A stretch of DNA of 64,000 nt from Antedon mediterranea (GCF_964355755.1 NC_092676.1:2795788-2859787); one strand, 5' to 3'. Positions 24,301 through 37,482 are shown, numbered from the stretch's first letter. Program-made: numbers and translations. The notes: generated from the sequence alone by a model not told the origin.

Positions 24301-25628
24301 TAACTACATGTACTATTTAAATTTAAAACATCAAAGTATAAATAATAAAAATTATTATACAGTTTAAGGAGGTCAAATTGTATACTGTCATGTACAAAAT
24401 AATAAAAAAAAAAAATTTCCATATTAGTGGCACAACTCTTTGATTCTGACAGTAAGCATTGAATATACTACATGTACTATTCAAAACATTTTAAAACATC
24501 AAAATATAAAAAAAATTATTATACAGTATAAGAAGATAAATCATCAGATTATAAATAAATTTATTCTGATGGTCTACCTACTATAAATACAAACCCATTA
24601 GCTGCACTATACACGACTGCATACACTATTTAAATTCAAAACAAATTAATTCATGTACACAAAATCTATTGGATCAATTTAACCACCCCGGGGCAGGCAT
24701 CTAGCATTATATAAAGAAATCAAATATTGGATTTATAAATAAAATTTAGTTGGATCAGATTTACAATTTGTTTAGTTTTTTTATTATTAGTTTTGACATT
24801 AAATAGAAAATACATTTATGTTTAAAAATTATTTTTAAAGTGTATTTTAAAATAAATGTTTAAGAGAATTTAAGATATTAAACTTCAATTATAAAAAACT
24901 AAAATGTTATGCAAGACTTGTTAATTGTCAAATACTATCTTCAGTATCATGTTGTTTCGGTGTCTCATTACTGAACGGTATAAACATCGTTAACAGCGCG
25001 GTAGGCGACAAAAAAATTTGTAATTCAAATCAAGAATAATAATTCATCCTTCTTCTCTTCATTTCAAAACTAAACCGTGACGTTTATTTGCGACACCAAC
25101 TCGACTAAATCATGAAATTGAGTTTATAAAATCTTCAATCATTATCTGATTCGGGCAAGTAGAATTGGTCCTCGGAAAATATCTACGAATGTCCTAAAGC
25201 AAATATAAATAAAATATAAATTTTTCTCCAAATCCATCAAACTATTTACAGTAAATGTCCTAATGATTACAATTTATCAAGTTTTAGCTATTTTTAGTAC
25301 AGTATATGTTTGTTTTATATAAATTACAGTTACACAGTCTTGAATATTCTAGCGGTCTAATTCCATAGCACCTAGCACACTGGTTTTGATAGTCATTGGT
25401 TTGAATCGAATGTTGGTTTTTAGTTGAAGCTTTTAAAATAAAATTAATGTAGAATTTACTAAACGAATCACAAATAAAAACTTCCAAAAATTCTAAATTA
25501 AGATTATACTTAAAACAGGTATAAAATAATTTAAAGTTTATTCAAATATTTTTTATCCCCACAGGTCAATAAATAAACCATTTATCGAACCAAGTGAATA
25601 TGAGAGTGCTATCAACAGTTGGCTTTGA
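6321..25628 (+). CDS. VPS18: Vacuolar protein sorting-associated protein 18 (Pep3/deep orange; beta-propeller, clathrin heavy-chain repeat, C-terminal RING-H2), about 984 aa
   Basis: 23 coding exons, all GT-AG and in phase, totalling 2955 nt: 6321-6410, 6662-6738, 6940-7049, 7166-7317, 8167-8251, 8456-8535, 8703-8815, 9164-9252, 9594-9695, 9833-9992, 10341-10398, 10735-10964, 11312-11447, 11953-12096, 12233-12326, 13170-13399, 13825-13965, 14073-14204, 15856-16065, 19918-20039, 20468-20585, 22639-22856, 25565-25628. Motifs: MASLLEQY, FLDPNGRH, LTEFHILLL, SFEEIALKF, YDLKYALRLC, LLKIEDILPFFPDFVTIDHFKEAIC, RING CSTC...FPCQHMFHSDC...CVNCGEIMIRSINKPF. Confidence 0.96.
7379..7519. mobile_element. 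MITE family A copy
   Basis: Family TIRs and internal CCCAAATATGGTAGTGATAT motif. Confidence 0.75.
8804..9140. repeat. Degenerate tandem repeat built from a VPS18 exon/donor junction
   Basis: AACACCTGG(G/A)TA..TTACA units. Confidence 0.75.
11012..11176. mobile_element. Small MITE
   Basis: Imperfect TIRs AATAAGGTTTATAGCAAATAGC / GCTATTTGCGATAATAAATCTTATT. Confidence 0.55.
11535..11884 (-). mobile_element. 5S rRNA-derived SINE (SINE3 type)
   Basis: 11771-11884 is a near full-length 5S rRNA sequence (TACGGCTTTACCACATTGAAAACACCGGTTCTCGTCAGATCACCGAAGTTAAGC...GGATGGGAGACC...GGGTGCTGTA) with no oligo-T terminator. It continues into a ~210-nt body and an (AAATA)n tail. The body recurs at 48907-49030. 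Confidence 0.8.
12640..12910 (-). mobile_element. LINE 3'-end fragment with (TAAA)n tail
   Basis: (TTTA)n run at 12638-12663 followed by a non-host segment; it interrupts a duplicated splice-acceptor unit with a TACTT duplication. Confidence 0.5.
14279..15775. repeat. 36-bp minisatellite (about 40 copies; two related halves) in a VPS18 intron
   Basis: TTTTGGGCATTCCCTACATTTGGCCATTTCCTACAC. Confidence 0.95.
16169..19527 (-). mobile_element. Ty3/Gypsy (Mag-like) LTR retrotransposon in a VPS18 intron; internally deleted, 5' LTR truncated
   Basis: 3' LTR 16169-16363 (TG...CA) preceded by PPT AAAGAAGAGGGA. 5' LTR remnant 19458-19527 is identical to 16169-16238. PBS TGGTGGCAACGGTAGGAT at 19440-19457 (tRNA-Leu-like). 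4-bp TSD GATG at 16165-16168 and 19528-19531. Confidence 0.92.
16467..19214 (-). CDS. Gag-Pol polyprotein (Gag with two CCHC knuckles, aspartic protease, RT) fused in frame to the integrase C-terminus; RNase H and integrase core absent
   Basis: 915-aa ORF: CSRC...H...C and CNNCGRKNHFSRAC, VDTGA, RICLDPKDLN, FSKLDARHGYW, RLPFGL, IVDD; then KAFEEIKSTI joins directly to KAQ...ALLYMRATP...SYRV...RRNR. Confidence 0.88.
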   Translation of the reverse strand: MIMANLNQPEPLNISTGNISENWKRFKQRFELYNIASGMSRKPSETQTSLLLHTIGQQGLDVYNAFKFENEAGKMRLNTVMHKFEEYCNPKKNITFERHTFFSRNQIPGEKIDQYVTDLKNKSKTCEFGEIEESLIRDRIVCGLLDNQLRERLLREDDLNLDKCMKICKASEASRNLGKELKADHQVAVDQLGMSNNYKHDRTKDRDKSKPCSRCTRSHEYGKCPAFGMSCNNCGRKNHFSRACRSKRNDKQKGKYTNAPNRSKRNVHGINKSNDSDCDSEDESNITFEAIKISQINAKDGDTEVFTNVKIEINRNKPTFLKVKVDTGAEGNILPLRMYRAMFPKNMSNNVPNDRYVNKSNVKVTAYNGAQIKHYGYIHIPCYFNNLHTNAKFYIAEVQGPAIMGLPTLKTLKIIQINCAVEVNDKIKDVEDIKRLYPDRFEGIGKFEGTYKIVIDETVPPVIHAPRSCPLAIKNDIKAELDEMMRLNVIQKVEKPVDWVSSLAYSQKPNGRWRICLDPKDLNKAIKRTYHHTPTLDEITHKFSGAKFFSKLDARHGYWSIRLDKESSYLTTFNTPGFGRFRFLRLPFGLNVSQDVFQHKMDQILEKCIGATGIVDDVAVFGKTEEQHDRNLMDLMETAREYGLVFNAEKCEIKRPQINFFGMIYDKDGVHADPKRIEAISKIKPPTNVKESQSFLGIATYMSPFCPKLSDKTAPLRELLKKDNVFEWNGSQQKAFEEIKSTIIKAQHNNTDVDKALLYMRATPVDSKLASPGMMIFHRGLKTELPTNNEKMPTRKEIRNRLKNRQDKQKQYHDENTKPLQQIKRGESVRIRHSDKNPQWIPAKILNKTSPYSYRVLTENQKTLRRNRTHIRKTNEHFTHIILETPLTHYKTIEHKPSSCSSSGRKIKKPNRLDL
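20749..20954. mobile_element. MITE family A copy with internal 21-bp repeat expansion
   Basis: Family TIRs; CATATCACTACCATATTTGAG x4. Confidence 0.75.
21665..22485. repeat. 17-bp minisatellite
   Basis: (CCAAATATAGACCACT/ATT)n. Confidence 0.95.
23885..24530. repeat. About 165-bp tandem repeat, 4 copies
   Basis: TATACTGTCATGTACAAAA...TTCCATATTAGTGGCACAACTCT... repeated. Confidence 0.9.
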
Positions 25629-27420
25629 AAACATGTGGTCAAACTGTATGTGGTCAATAATGGTCAAGCAAGGACAGGAAGAAAATAGTGATTATTACAC
25701 TATTCGCAATATAACAGAGAGAGATGTTGAGAACGTTGGTAACAACACAATCAACGTTTAGAAGAGTTAAATTTGTGCTAATAAGTTCCCAGAGATTTAG
25801 TCATTGAGTCATGAACAGTATATAAATAATAAATTATAGTTTAAGAAGATTATTAACTATTATTAAGTTCCCAGTGTTTTGTTTGTATAAATATAACATA
25901 AAGGCCTATGTACTGGGTAGATCTACAAAAACCATATTAATTCATCTCTTCCTTTGGACAGTAGAACTAGTATTTCTGTGTGGTAGTATTATTCTTCAGT
26001 ATGTAAGTTCATGCAGTAATTAATTTGTTAACCACTGTCATGCTGTTAATGCTAAGTTGTAAACAAGGAAAGATTTCCAAGCAATTCCTAGATTTGATGT
26101 ATAAAACCAACTGAACAACATCAATGCAACTTCCGATACGGACACTCAACCTGGTTGAAATCTAGCACCTATTCAACATTACCTAGCTCTATGTACCTTT
26201 TGTGATAAAGCACTGTACAGTGATGCTCTAGATTGATAAACATGCTTGCTTACAAATTACAAGGGTTGGGTTCAAATCGTAGCTCTGTCAGAGACTACAT
26301 AATTGTTCTCATTGCCAGAAACAACCTATAAGCTTTCTAACAAGACTTAGTCTACATCTAAGCCTATATCTCATAATTGGTGATTTAGGATATCTTGAAA
26401 CATACACAATAAGAAATTGTAAAATATGGGTATTGTTTAATACGCTGAATACAATGTGATTGATCACGTCATTAATATTACAATGTGTTTTTCATGTAAT
26501 ATACGTCAAGATAATTGTTGCATTATATGTATTGGGGTTGACCTAAATGGGATTTACAACCTGACCTGGATATAATATTTTATTTACAAAGGTCGTTAAT
26601 CATATAATTAGATTACTATTATTATTGCAAATATTAAATTATACTACAGGACAATAAAGTATACGGTATAATGAAGCTTTATCACTGATTTTTCTTTTAT
26701 ATTAAAGCTCAGATACAGGCATGAATTTTAAATATAATATTTGGTTAATTGTACATAAATCAAATATTTGTAATAGAAATCAAGACGAAAAAACATGACT
26801 TTCCCTTAATATGGTGAAAAACAAAATTTGGCAAAATTCTTCCATAAAAACCAGGAAGACTTTTTTTCAGTAGTTAGGTTGTTAACCTAATGTAATAACA
26901 TGTCTGGTGACTCCCTAGCAAGTGAAAAAAGATGGTGGATATACGGTGGATAATTTTTGCTATAGCATGAAAATAACAATTTGAAGTTGAATAAAAATAC
27001 CAGAAATGTAAAATTCAAGTTATATTACCTATATTTAGTCATCTGATAATATTTTTTACCACACTGTTTATTATTCATAGCTTTTTAAAATGCCTCTCTA
27101 TTTACAAAATGTGTGTACAAAAGAATAGAGATTTTACTGTGTAATTTGAACTATCCCCCCACTGATAAGAAAGTGCTTATTTTCAACAAGCTCCTGTAAC
27201 ACAAATAAAATCCCAAACATTTTGAAACATAGGGGAAACTATAGATCGATAATTATTGGAATGTATGCTCAATACAAATTTTTTGCCCGCACCTGGCCTT
27301 TAAAACCAAGTTAACTGATTTAAACAATAAAATTGAATCAACAACTATGGATCTATTCAACTATTCATCCAACAGCGAGCACAAACTCGCCAATTACAGG
27401 ATGAGATAAACTATTTTATA

Positions 27421-27550
27421 GTTTATCGTGCTTATAAGTCTCATTTGAGGTTTAGGGAGTGGAAAGTTACAGCCTACAACTCTGGCACAGGATTGAACCC
27501 TGGATCTTGGGATTGGAAGGCAAGTACGCTAACCACCAAGCTAAAACTCC
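27421..27550 (-). mobile_element. tRNA-derived SINE remnant
   Basis: Minus strand TAGCTTGGTGGTTAG (A box) ... GGTTCAATCC (B box); related degenerate copies at about 2512-2640 (+) and 63655-63790 (-). Confidence 0.55.
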
Positions 27551-28483
27551 ACTACTGTAAATTATTTTATCCCAATTAATTTTAGACTTTAGAATAAAAA
27601 AAGAAAATTCACTTACCTATAGATAGATATGATACATTTCGGGTATAGAGTATGTTGTTATGACAAGAGAGAATGTAAACCTCACAGCAATTTACTGAAA
27701 TAGATAATTTTAATAATTTTACGATAAAATTTAATTTGTGAGCAGCATAATAATTAATATTATCAAAGAATATATTCTTTGATATTATAAACTAACTTAC
27801 ATTCATTCACTCACTTGGAAACTACTAGAAAGATTTGGGCCCAGTAGGTCTACTCTCTGTAACTAGAAGGTGAATGTTTACTGACTGATACCAGTAGTAA
27901 AGGAGGCCTAGGCCCTAGCTAGGCCTAGATAGAGGGTGATAAACGTAATCAAATTGGCCATTCAAAAGTTGACAGTCAGTATATTTGGTGGGTCAGTTTG
28001 TGGTTATCTCTTTACAGGCAGGCATCAGGCATTAATACAATACCACATTTATCATGTAGGTCTGTGGCATCCAAGCACCTTTCATCCATCTAGACTTGCT
28101 AGGCCCCCAATACAGATCAACTTGTTTTATTAGGCCTAGCTTTATAAACAATAACATACCTATTCTGTACACAGTTTGGCAGTAATTGACAACATGGTAG
28201 TAGCCTTTAGCCTTTCCTTTTCTAGATTGGTCAACCACATCCCATATAAAACTGATTTTAATCAATAAATCAATCATTTAAAAAGAGATCCAGCACTCAG
28301 CAGTCACTCCATTTTGTACATAGTCTGCTAAATAGGCTGCTGCATGCACAACATAAACAGACAATCTCTGTGTTTTGATTGGTTAAATCTTTGATTTTGC
28401 ATATTGTGTCTGTCCACATGGTAATTCTAATCGGAATCAGAATTCAGTGGCTGCCAATATTTCAATAAAATATAGTATATCAA

Positions 28484-29567
28484 CAGGGCCGTAGCCAGGA
28501 TCTGTCAAGGGGAGGTTCGCACACTAAGTATTTGGGTCACCCCCACCCCCATACCTACCCCCCCCCCCCCCTGGGGTGGGGCCTGAGGCGAAGCAAATTT
28601 TGTTAAATGACACCCCTAGATGGCCGGAAAAGACACTCTCATGCAGCATGCTACCAATGAGCAAAATGATCGTACTTGGACTCATGGACTATTTAAACGA
28701 TAACATTTGTTGCCGTATGTTAGATGCGCGTGCTCTGTGCGGAACCGCCGATTGTTTGATCATTTACTCGATATTTTGTTTTGCGTTCAAGTTCAATGCG
28801 AACGTACGTCTAGGAGAAGCCCCGAAAAAAGCACACTGAGTGAAGGCAAATGCAATTCTTATTATAGCTCTATCTATAATATTTATTTACAGCAATTTGT
28901 TGAGGAAATTAAATATGCCAATGTAAATAGGTGATATTGATACATTTGAGTACGTATCGGCTGGTGGTCTAGAAAAAAATAATCGGATGCCATAATGTGA
29001 ACTACAGTACATAATACCATAGATATTATAGTGTAAAATATTAATATTCACTATAATCCTCTATGATACATTATACTTCATAGCCACACATAAATACTGA
29101 TGTATGTCGGAAGGCTATATACTTTATGCATGCTGCCTGACTGCCAGTGATCTAAACAATTGGTACGCAGTTGTCTGGCGGTGTCCTTTGTACGAATAGT
29201 TCGTCCCCCAGCTTGCTGTGAGACGCGTCAATATCATGTTACATGCAGGGACCAAACATTTATTTTTCATGTTAAAATCGGCAATTCATTTGCAACTCTT
29301 TACAGACTATATCGCTCGAAGTACGCTCATACAGGGAAGAAGGTACTGTATGAGTTATTCCGAACGAGTTTACGAATTTTTAAATTTACGAACAACTTTT
29401 TGTACTGTGGGGCACGTATTTGGACGATTTTCGGAGATGAGGGTGAGGTATTGGTCATGTCGGGGATGGAGGTTCGCAGTCGGTTAAGGGGGGTTCGCTG
29501 TAAAGGGGGTTCGCTGTAAAGGGGGGGTTCACCCGAACCATAAAAACCCCCCCTGGCTACGGGCCTG
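28484..29567. mobile_element. Non-autonomous hAT-like DNA transposon with 5-bp TSD
   Basis: TIR CAGGGCCGTAGCCAGG / CCTGGCTACGGGCCTG; ATCAA duplicated on both flanks; GGGGTTCG subterminal repeats. Confidence 0.75.
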
Positions 29568-30969
29568 ATCAATATACAGTACAATATAATAATCACGCTA
29601 TACAGGTAAAAAAATTCTCTCTGATATTAGTATCTGTCCACACATTCTAGTGACTGTAGTGTTATTATGATCCATGCTAACCAGCACAGTATAGAAATTC
29701 CCTCACATATTAATGTCTGTCCACACATAACATTAATTAATATCACACATTTCCTCTTCAAAAGAAGCTCAAAGAAAAACATCCAATCCAATGAAGCTGA
29801 CACATATTTTTTATTACACTTTCATAATTGCATGAATAAACACATGGAGGATTAAAATGTGTAATACACTGTTTACCATGATATACCAAAGTACAATGTG
29901 CTAATTAACACATGGAGGATTAAAATATGTAATACACATATACCAAAGCATAATGTCTTAATAGCATGATCTACATTATGCTACAAGTCTAAGTGGCATA
30001 CAGTAACGTAGTATTGTATAATGTAATAGTGTAGCATACAGTATATAAGGTATATACAGTGTGGCATACAATATCTAATGTTTTTTTTTTATTGCAGTAA
30101 GCCTACAGTGTGGCAGACAATGTCTTATGCAGCATACTGCAATAGGCCTACATAGTAGCATAAAGGATCTAGTGTAGCATGCCGTAATAGGTCTACAGTA
30201 CAGCATAGTACTTAATGTAGCATGCTGCAGTATGCCTACAGTGTAGCATACATTATATAATGTAGCATAATGTAGTAAGGCCTACAATGTAGCATATAGT
30301 ATCTTATGTAGCAAAGTACACACACTCACACATGTCCATGCTACCTGTAGCAATATGTAGCATGTATAGCAAGCAAACATTTTACTACTCCTACAACTTT
30401 TAATCGACTGCTACTTAACACTATACATGGTAAACACATTTGCAATACACAATTTGTTATGTACTATAACCCAATCAAATCACCCCCATTGACACTCCCC
30501 TCCTATCAATTGCTCTTGCAAAGCAAATATAAAAAAAAAGATATTTAATTTAAAAAATAAAATTATTCGCACCAGTTGTTCAACTAACAAATGCTGACTT
30601 CGGTAAAATTATACAACAATAGTAACCAAATCTAACAAGTTATTACAATTTAATTGTAAAAGGTAATATTGCACATAATTAACAGCGATAACGATCAAAT
30701 ACAAGAGAAATTTAAACTGCATATATATTTTAACATTTTTTATATCAGATTTCATAAACAATAAAGTTGCACATAGATACTAATAGTACTTAATCAGGGG
30801 AGGTAATTAAAGCATGAATGGATAAGAAAAGATTAGCATGACTATGGATTAGGAGAGATAGCAGGATTTGGAATGGGATACACAAAGATTAGCATGAACT
30901 TGGAATTCGATAATTAATGATTAGCATGTACTCTACTGTATATGAATTAGGATTAGCAAAGAATAATAT

Positions 30970-31470
30970 TTATTTGGATTAGGATAAGCAAATATTAGCA
31001 TGTATTTGGATTAGGATAAGCAAAGATTAGCATGTATTTGGATTAGGATAAGCAAAGATTAGCATGTATTTGGATTAGGATAAGCAAAGATTAGCATGTA
31101 TTTTGATTAGGATAAACAAAGATTAATATGTATTTTGATTAGGATAAGCAAATATTAGCATGTATTTGGATTAGGATAAGCAAAGATTAGTATGCATTTG
31201 GATTAGGATAAGCAAAGATTAGTATGTATTTGGATTAGGATAAGAAATATTAGCATGGATTTGGATTAGGATAAGCAAGGATTAGCATGTATTTGGATTA
31301 GGATAAGCAAAGATTAGCATGTATTTGGATTAGGATAAGCAAAGATTAGCATGTATTTGGATTAGAATAAGCAAAGATTAGCATGTATTTGGATTAGGAT
31401 AAGCATGTATTTGGATTAGAGGATAGGCAATTTGGATTGTGAAAATAAATATTAGCATGAATTTGGATTA
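30970..31470. repeat. 32-bp minisatellite
   Basis: (TTGGATTAGGATAAGCAAAGATTAGCATGTAT)n. Confidence 0.92.
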
Positions 31471-34400
31471 GGAAAGATCAGCAGTCATTTTCTACCCTCT
31501 GATGAGCATAGAAGCAAGCTACTCAATATACAAATTATTCATGTTTGAAATATACATAAATATTCCATGTCACAGTGGAATTTTATACTTTGATGATTTT
31601 GCCTTTTTTTGATATTTTAGACAGACAAAAAAACATCATCATGTAGAATATTCAAATAAAACACATTTCTTAAATCTTTAAACATTCATAACATATATTA
31701 GAAATATGCAGGAGAGGAATATGCATGTCATATGCAAATTAGGCAATATGCAAATTAGGTAATATGCAAATTAGGTAATATGCATTGATTACAATCAATT
31801 GAATGGTTTTGAATATGCAAAATATTAATTTATATCATGAATATTCAGTAATAATATCCCATACTCTAAGTTACAATGAATACATAAATATAAATATTCA
31901 TAAATTATTAAATTTAACATCAATTATTTTATAATGTATGAATATTCATAATATACAGATTTAAAAAAAAAAATTACTGAATATTTATTACATTGAACAG
32001 AAAGATAGATAAAAATAACTACTTATTTCAAATTTAAGGAATATAAAATTATTACATATCTTTTTTTTATTTGAGTAATAATATTTGAGAAAAAAAAATA
32101 TCTGCGATTAAAAATAAAGAGGATTTAGAATAATGAATTTTTAAAAACATATATCAATCAAGTATATCAAGTATTGAATGCAATAAAATATAGCTTATAC
32201 TTAGTGAGTCTCATTAAAAACTCAAACATGACAGATTTACGTATTATGTCCAGAAACATTGTGTAATTTGTTTGAGTTTCAGCAACAGACATACAGCCAG
32301 ACAGACAGTTAATGATAATAAAACTAGGGCAAGGGGAGTTGTCAGTCATAGAAGATAATAATATGTGCACTATATTATATCATTGGATATTTTACGCATA
32401 AAAAAAAAAAAATGTCACCGTAATCTGTATTACAGCTTCAAGCATTAATGCTGCAGAAGTATTTAAACATTATCTTGTTTTTTAAAAGATAACATGAACT
32501 TGATAGTAAACACACACATTTGGATATTCCTAACAACTACCACATATTCTTACAAACAGATATTTATTTAATATATTTACTTGTACTATTAACTACTAGT
32601 AAAAAAGAACATGGAATGATAATATTATAATGAATAAATATATTACAACGAACTTTTATGTGGTCTTATTTCGTTCTTATCATAAATATTGCAATCGTCG
32701 TATCATACCGACAACAAATCCATAATCAGATGCCAATTAGAATTTCTGATAATCCGCAGATGTAGCTTGTCTGAATTTTATCAAAATACATATAATACTG
32801 GTTTAAATAGGAAGGCAAGAATAATGTACTTGTATATAAAACATCCTAAAATATTTAGAATTAAAAGCTAAAGTTCCGAGTAACTTTAGCATCAACAATA
32901 AGCGACATCTAGTATAGTTTGATTGTACCTTTTAACATTTAAATTAATATTATCCAGAGAGGATAGCATTATCAACAACAATTTTAATATTTTAAAGTTT
33001 AAAACTAGTAGGCCTACTACTATAACATTACAATACACAAACACCAAACATTAAATAACAAGAAACAGACGAAGTTCAGAACGAGATCTTAAACTACTTT
33101 TTTTTTTTAGAATTTAGTTTTAAGTTTGGAATTGGTTGGAAACACTAGAAGTAGTAATATATATTTTTAGCTGATTTCATGACACGACAGTGATATAATC
33201 ATAAGTAAAACATTTAGATAAGATTACTTTTTTAAACACTAATGCATTTTTTCAGTTTTTAATAAGTTTGTAATTGGTATGCAATATTAGAATGATAAAT
33301 ACAGTCCTTCAATATAGAAGTTATAAACATTCCTCTTATAATATGGAATAAAACAAGTTCATAATATTCAGTAAGTTAAGTAGTCATGAATCCCACATAT
33401 TACCAGTTAGGGGGTAATAATATTGTACAACCTTATATAAGATTCTGATTCTACATTTTGGTCATAGAACTGCAAAACTCCAATAACAATTGTGAAGTGT
33501 AAATGGAAAAATTTGACTATATATATATGTATTCTATTTACCAGATATATTTTACTACCAAGAGAGTAATAACATTTCTACAGACTTTTTTAGGTAGTAA
33601 ATGCTGATAATGTTAAAATCCATCTTATATCCTTCATATAAGGCATTCATTCATTTGAAGCACCATAAGTTTATATCAACGACGTCAGTAGCATGATGCT
33701 ATAGGCTTACGACAGACAAGCAAAACACTAAAAGGTGATTTAACACTATCTATATCAGCTATAGATACAGGAGCACCATCATCAAAGTATGTCAAAGGTC
33801 AAACAGGGGCATGAAAAGTTTACAAGAATTATCAGGAAAATTAATTATAGTACAGTGATATACAGTATATGTCAAATTAGCATATGACAACAATTTTAGC
33901 TTCATTTTGATGTAAAGTACATTTAGCATTTACAGCAATTTTGATTATACAGATTACGCTCAATTTGAATCATGATGCGAATATTAAATTTCTTCACTAA
34001 GAAGATGAGTTCCCAAATGCTTAAAATAAATTATTCAACAGTATAATATATTGAGTATAATATTCAGAACAACCTGGCAACTTGAATAATTCAAAACTTG
34101 CCTAATGTGACAATTTGAGAAGTTCAAGGGGAATTTTAATGCCACCGGTCATAAAACAAATTACTTCTTTATCTTTTATTATTGCTTGTTCAATGAAACA
34201 ATAATATAAAACAATTTTTGAATAATTTAAAATGGGCACAGTACTGATAACAATTGCTTTTTAGAAACAATATATTTTTTACAGCTTTTTTTGAACAGTT
34301 AGATTAATAAATATAATTGTATTTAATGATAATATAGTTAAAATCCAGTATTAGCGTGAAATAACCTATCTATCAGTACTACATCAACAAACACATCTAT

Positions 34401-35289
34401 TTAAGATATTCAATTCAAACACACAGTCATATAATTTAAAAAAACAATTACAAAAATGTATTTTTTAAAATGCTTTATGAGAAGCAAAGGAGTTGTGCAC
34501 ATGCGGTATACATAAGTCAATTTAAAAAAAGCTTTTTTTTTTCACAAAACACAAATTTTGACATGTACAGCTATGTTAGAATTAAAAGTGGGTTTTATAT
34601 TTACACAGAAAAAAATTTGGTTTATCGTTTATTTTAAGACCAGCTTAAATACCTTTTAAAATTTGCAATTTGTTTATGAGTAATGATTAGTGTACACAGA
34701 ATATGTTTCCATTTTCCACTCGCACTAAAACTATATTCTACCCAATTTAATAGACAATCATTTTGTGGTAAATTATGAGGAATCATTAGAGGTTAAAGGT
34801 TAAAGTTCAAAGGATTATATATTGGCACAGTATATTATTCAAAACACTATTCTAAAACTTATGTTCTTCCATAAGTTTAAAATCTTATTAATTTATTTAT
34901 TTGCATTCTTTGTCCAGTTTAATTAAGTTTACCTTTTTTAAGCTTATAATAAATTATATGTAACATAAATGGATATATAAATAAGTTTAGCATAACAAAG
35001 AACAGAAAATAGAACATAATGTAAGGCAATTTGAATTAAATGCACTTGGGACAAAGTATAAGTTAAGATAAAACATAAAAGTTAAATGTTTACAGCCCTG
35101 TATCTTATATTTTCCTTCCTCTTTGGTGGTTTAGTCATTTGCACCTTTATAAACAGAGAGTACCTCAAATGGGGAAGTAGGTACAACGGTCGTCATACCA
35201 AAAGATAGAAAGGGATTTACTAAAGTAGGGATATCACAGAGGTTGGTGTACACAAGTGATTCTAGTAGATGGTAGAGAAGATGCACATA

Positions 35290-35650
35290 TAAATGACTGC
35301 CGTGCATTAACATCACACAAGAGAATGGCATGGTACTGTGATGACTTCAGTGGGATCACTGACATCATCAAAGAGGATGGCAGCATACATGTTACATCAT
35401 TCAGTGGTACCACTGACATCAAAGAGGATGGCAGCAGTCACACTACTGTGGTGACTAGTGGTATACTGACAACATAGAGGATGGCAGCAGTCATGCTACG
35501 GTGGTGACATCAGTGGTATCACTGACGTCAAAGAGAATGGCAGCATACATGCTACAGTGGTGACTTCAGTGGTATCACTGACATCATAAAAGAGGATTGC
35601 AGCAGTCATGTTACAGTGGTATACTGACATCATAGAGGATGGAAGCAGAC
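35290..35650. repeat. Degenerate ~55-60-bp tandem repeat
   Basis: GTGGTATCACTGACATCAAAGAGGATGGCAGCA units. Confidence 0.7.
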
Positions 35651-37482
35651 AAGCACAGGACAAAATGACGACAAACACAAATGATACTGATATCACACAA
35701 AAGGACACAAGATGGCAAATATGGGATTGTCTCTTTCACACAATATGGCAACTATGGAATTCATCTCTTTCAAACAGCTTTTCAATTAACCTTTTACTCA
35801 TCATCATCATCAAACATCAAATGGCATTTAAAGTATTTCTTAACATTAACTAGATGGCATCGCAGTGCAATTTGCAAGCAGTACCAATAACAAACTATTG
35901 GTATGGTGTGTTCATTCTATATTACAAAATGATTACTTAGTTCTTATCAACAGACAATGCACGATTTTAAAGCGTTACTCTACAGTAATATTATACATAC
36001 ACACCAATTGTGGTTAACTTTCACCAGATGCGGTAACACTTGCAGTAGGTGTAAATAGTTTCAGATTCATTAGAACAGGAAGAACCCTGTTTTAAAGAAT
36101 TAGCATCTATTTACAAGTAACTTTCAACAATACAGCATCAAGTGAAAGTCTGCCTTTAAACGTCTCCTACTAAACGTACCACTGATTGTAATGGCCTAGG
36201 CTATATGATGTTCACATGCCTAATATTTAGTCGCATCGTTCAACACCAAGGCTATTCGATTTTGGCCAATTCATATTATTTTTAAACATCTGAGAAGTTA
36301 TTGCACTATCCACTATTAATGGAATTCATTTTTTCATTGTCGAATCATTCTGAGGCATTGGTTTGAAACATTAATTACCGTAACCGTGTGAATCTCACTC
36401 TGCTATTAATTGGGGGTGGTTTCAAATTACTTATAGCTGTTTCTTCTAGCATTCTCTATATCCCTTCTAATTATTCAAAAAACACATTTAACCGTCAAAC
36501 ACATTTAACCGTCAGCTATCCTGTTTTAAAGATACCCTTTAATATTGAGAGGTAAGCTCAGGCCTTATCACAACATTTTTTTACTGTAAGAGTCAAAACT
36601 TCAAAAAGTTCCCTTTAAATTTGTGAGCTCTATATTGAAATCTCATTTCTTTCTTCACACAATTACGGTAAAGTTTCCTAACCAAATTATCATTTCTTAT
36701 ATAATACTGTCCTGTTAATTACGATACAAGTTTCAAGTAATAGTTGGATCTTAAGTTTACAAACCTTAATAATCCTCTATTTTTGTAGCGTACCAAGTAT
36801 CTTTACCGTGTAACTAGGAATGTGCCACAAACAAACATACATTTATTATATTTTCAGTGTTGTTCCACAAAGTGAACAAATTGAACCAAGATGAGAACAA
36901 TCTTCCAAAGTCAGCATTTCAAGCAGGAATAGAGCAGCTTTGGAGTGCCTTTGAAGCAGTTGAAACAAGCTCTTATCGCAAGATTGTGGGCAGCCTAGCC
37001 AGGCAAGCTGGTCTTACTACAAGAACTTGTGCCTAGCAGAAGGCACTTTCCAAGCAGATTATCCAAACAAACTACAAGAGTAGTTCTGTCTGGAAGTCAT
37101 AGCCTAGCTCAAATTTCACTTCCCAACATGTCACATTACTTGATCTTCTGACTTCATCCACTTATCCTCACCATTAGAAACATATCCACTTGCTTTTTGA
37201 TCTCTTCTTTTTAAACAACACATTCTTTTGTAAATTTCTACCGGGGGTCTTCTACAAAATGTGGATGGTTTGGAGTGACAACATTTTATAACAATGGTTT
37301 GATACCACTATACTTTTATCCAGGTGCAAAAGATCCGCAGCAGATGTTGCTTCTCCTTTTCTTCTTTCTCTTAAACGTAACTTTTCAAGGGGTCTGCGAT
37401 GTTAAATCCAAAAAATCATATGAAATTAATATACTTTCAAAGAAAATTTAGCAATATAAGTTTACAAAGGTGGGGCGTAAAC

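Noticed and set aside
28576-29596. ORFs of 75-119 aa in the GC-richer island
   Set aside because: Inside a non-autonomous TIR element; no transposase motifs recognised
25629-37482. Additional gene between VPS18 and ADAR
   Set aside because: No chain of in-phase exons or recognisable protein found; UTR extents and lncRNAs cannot be judged from sequence alone
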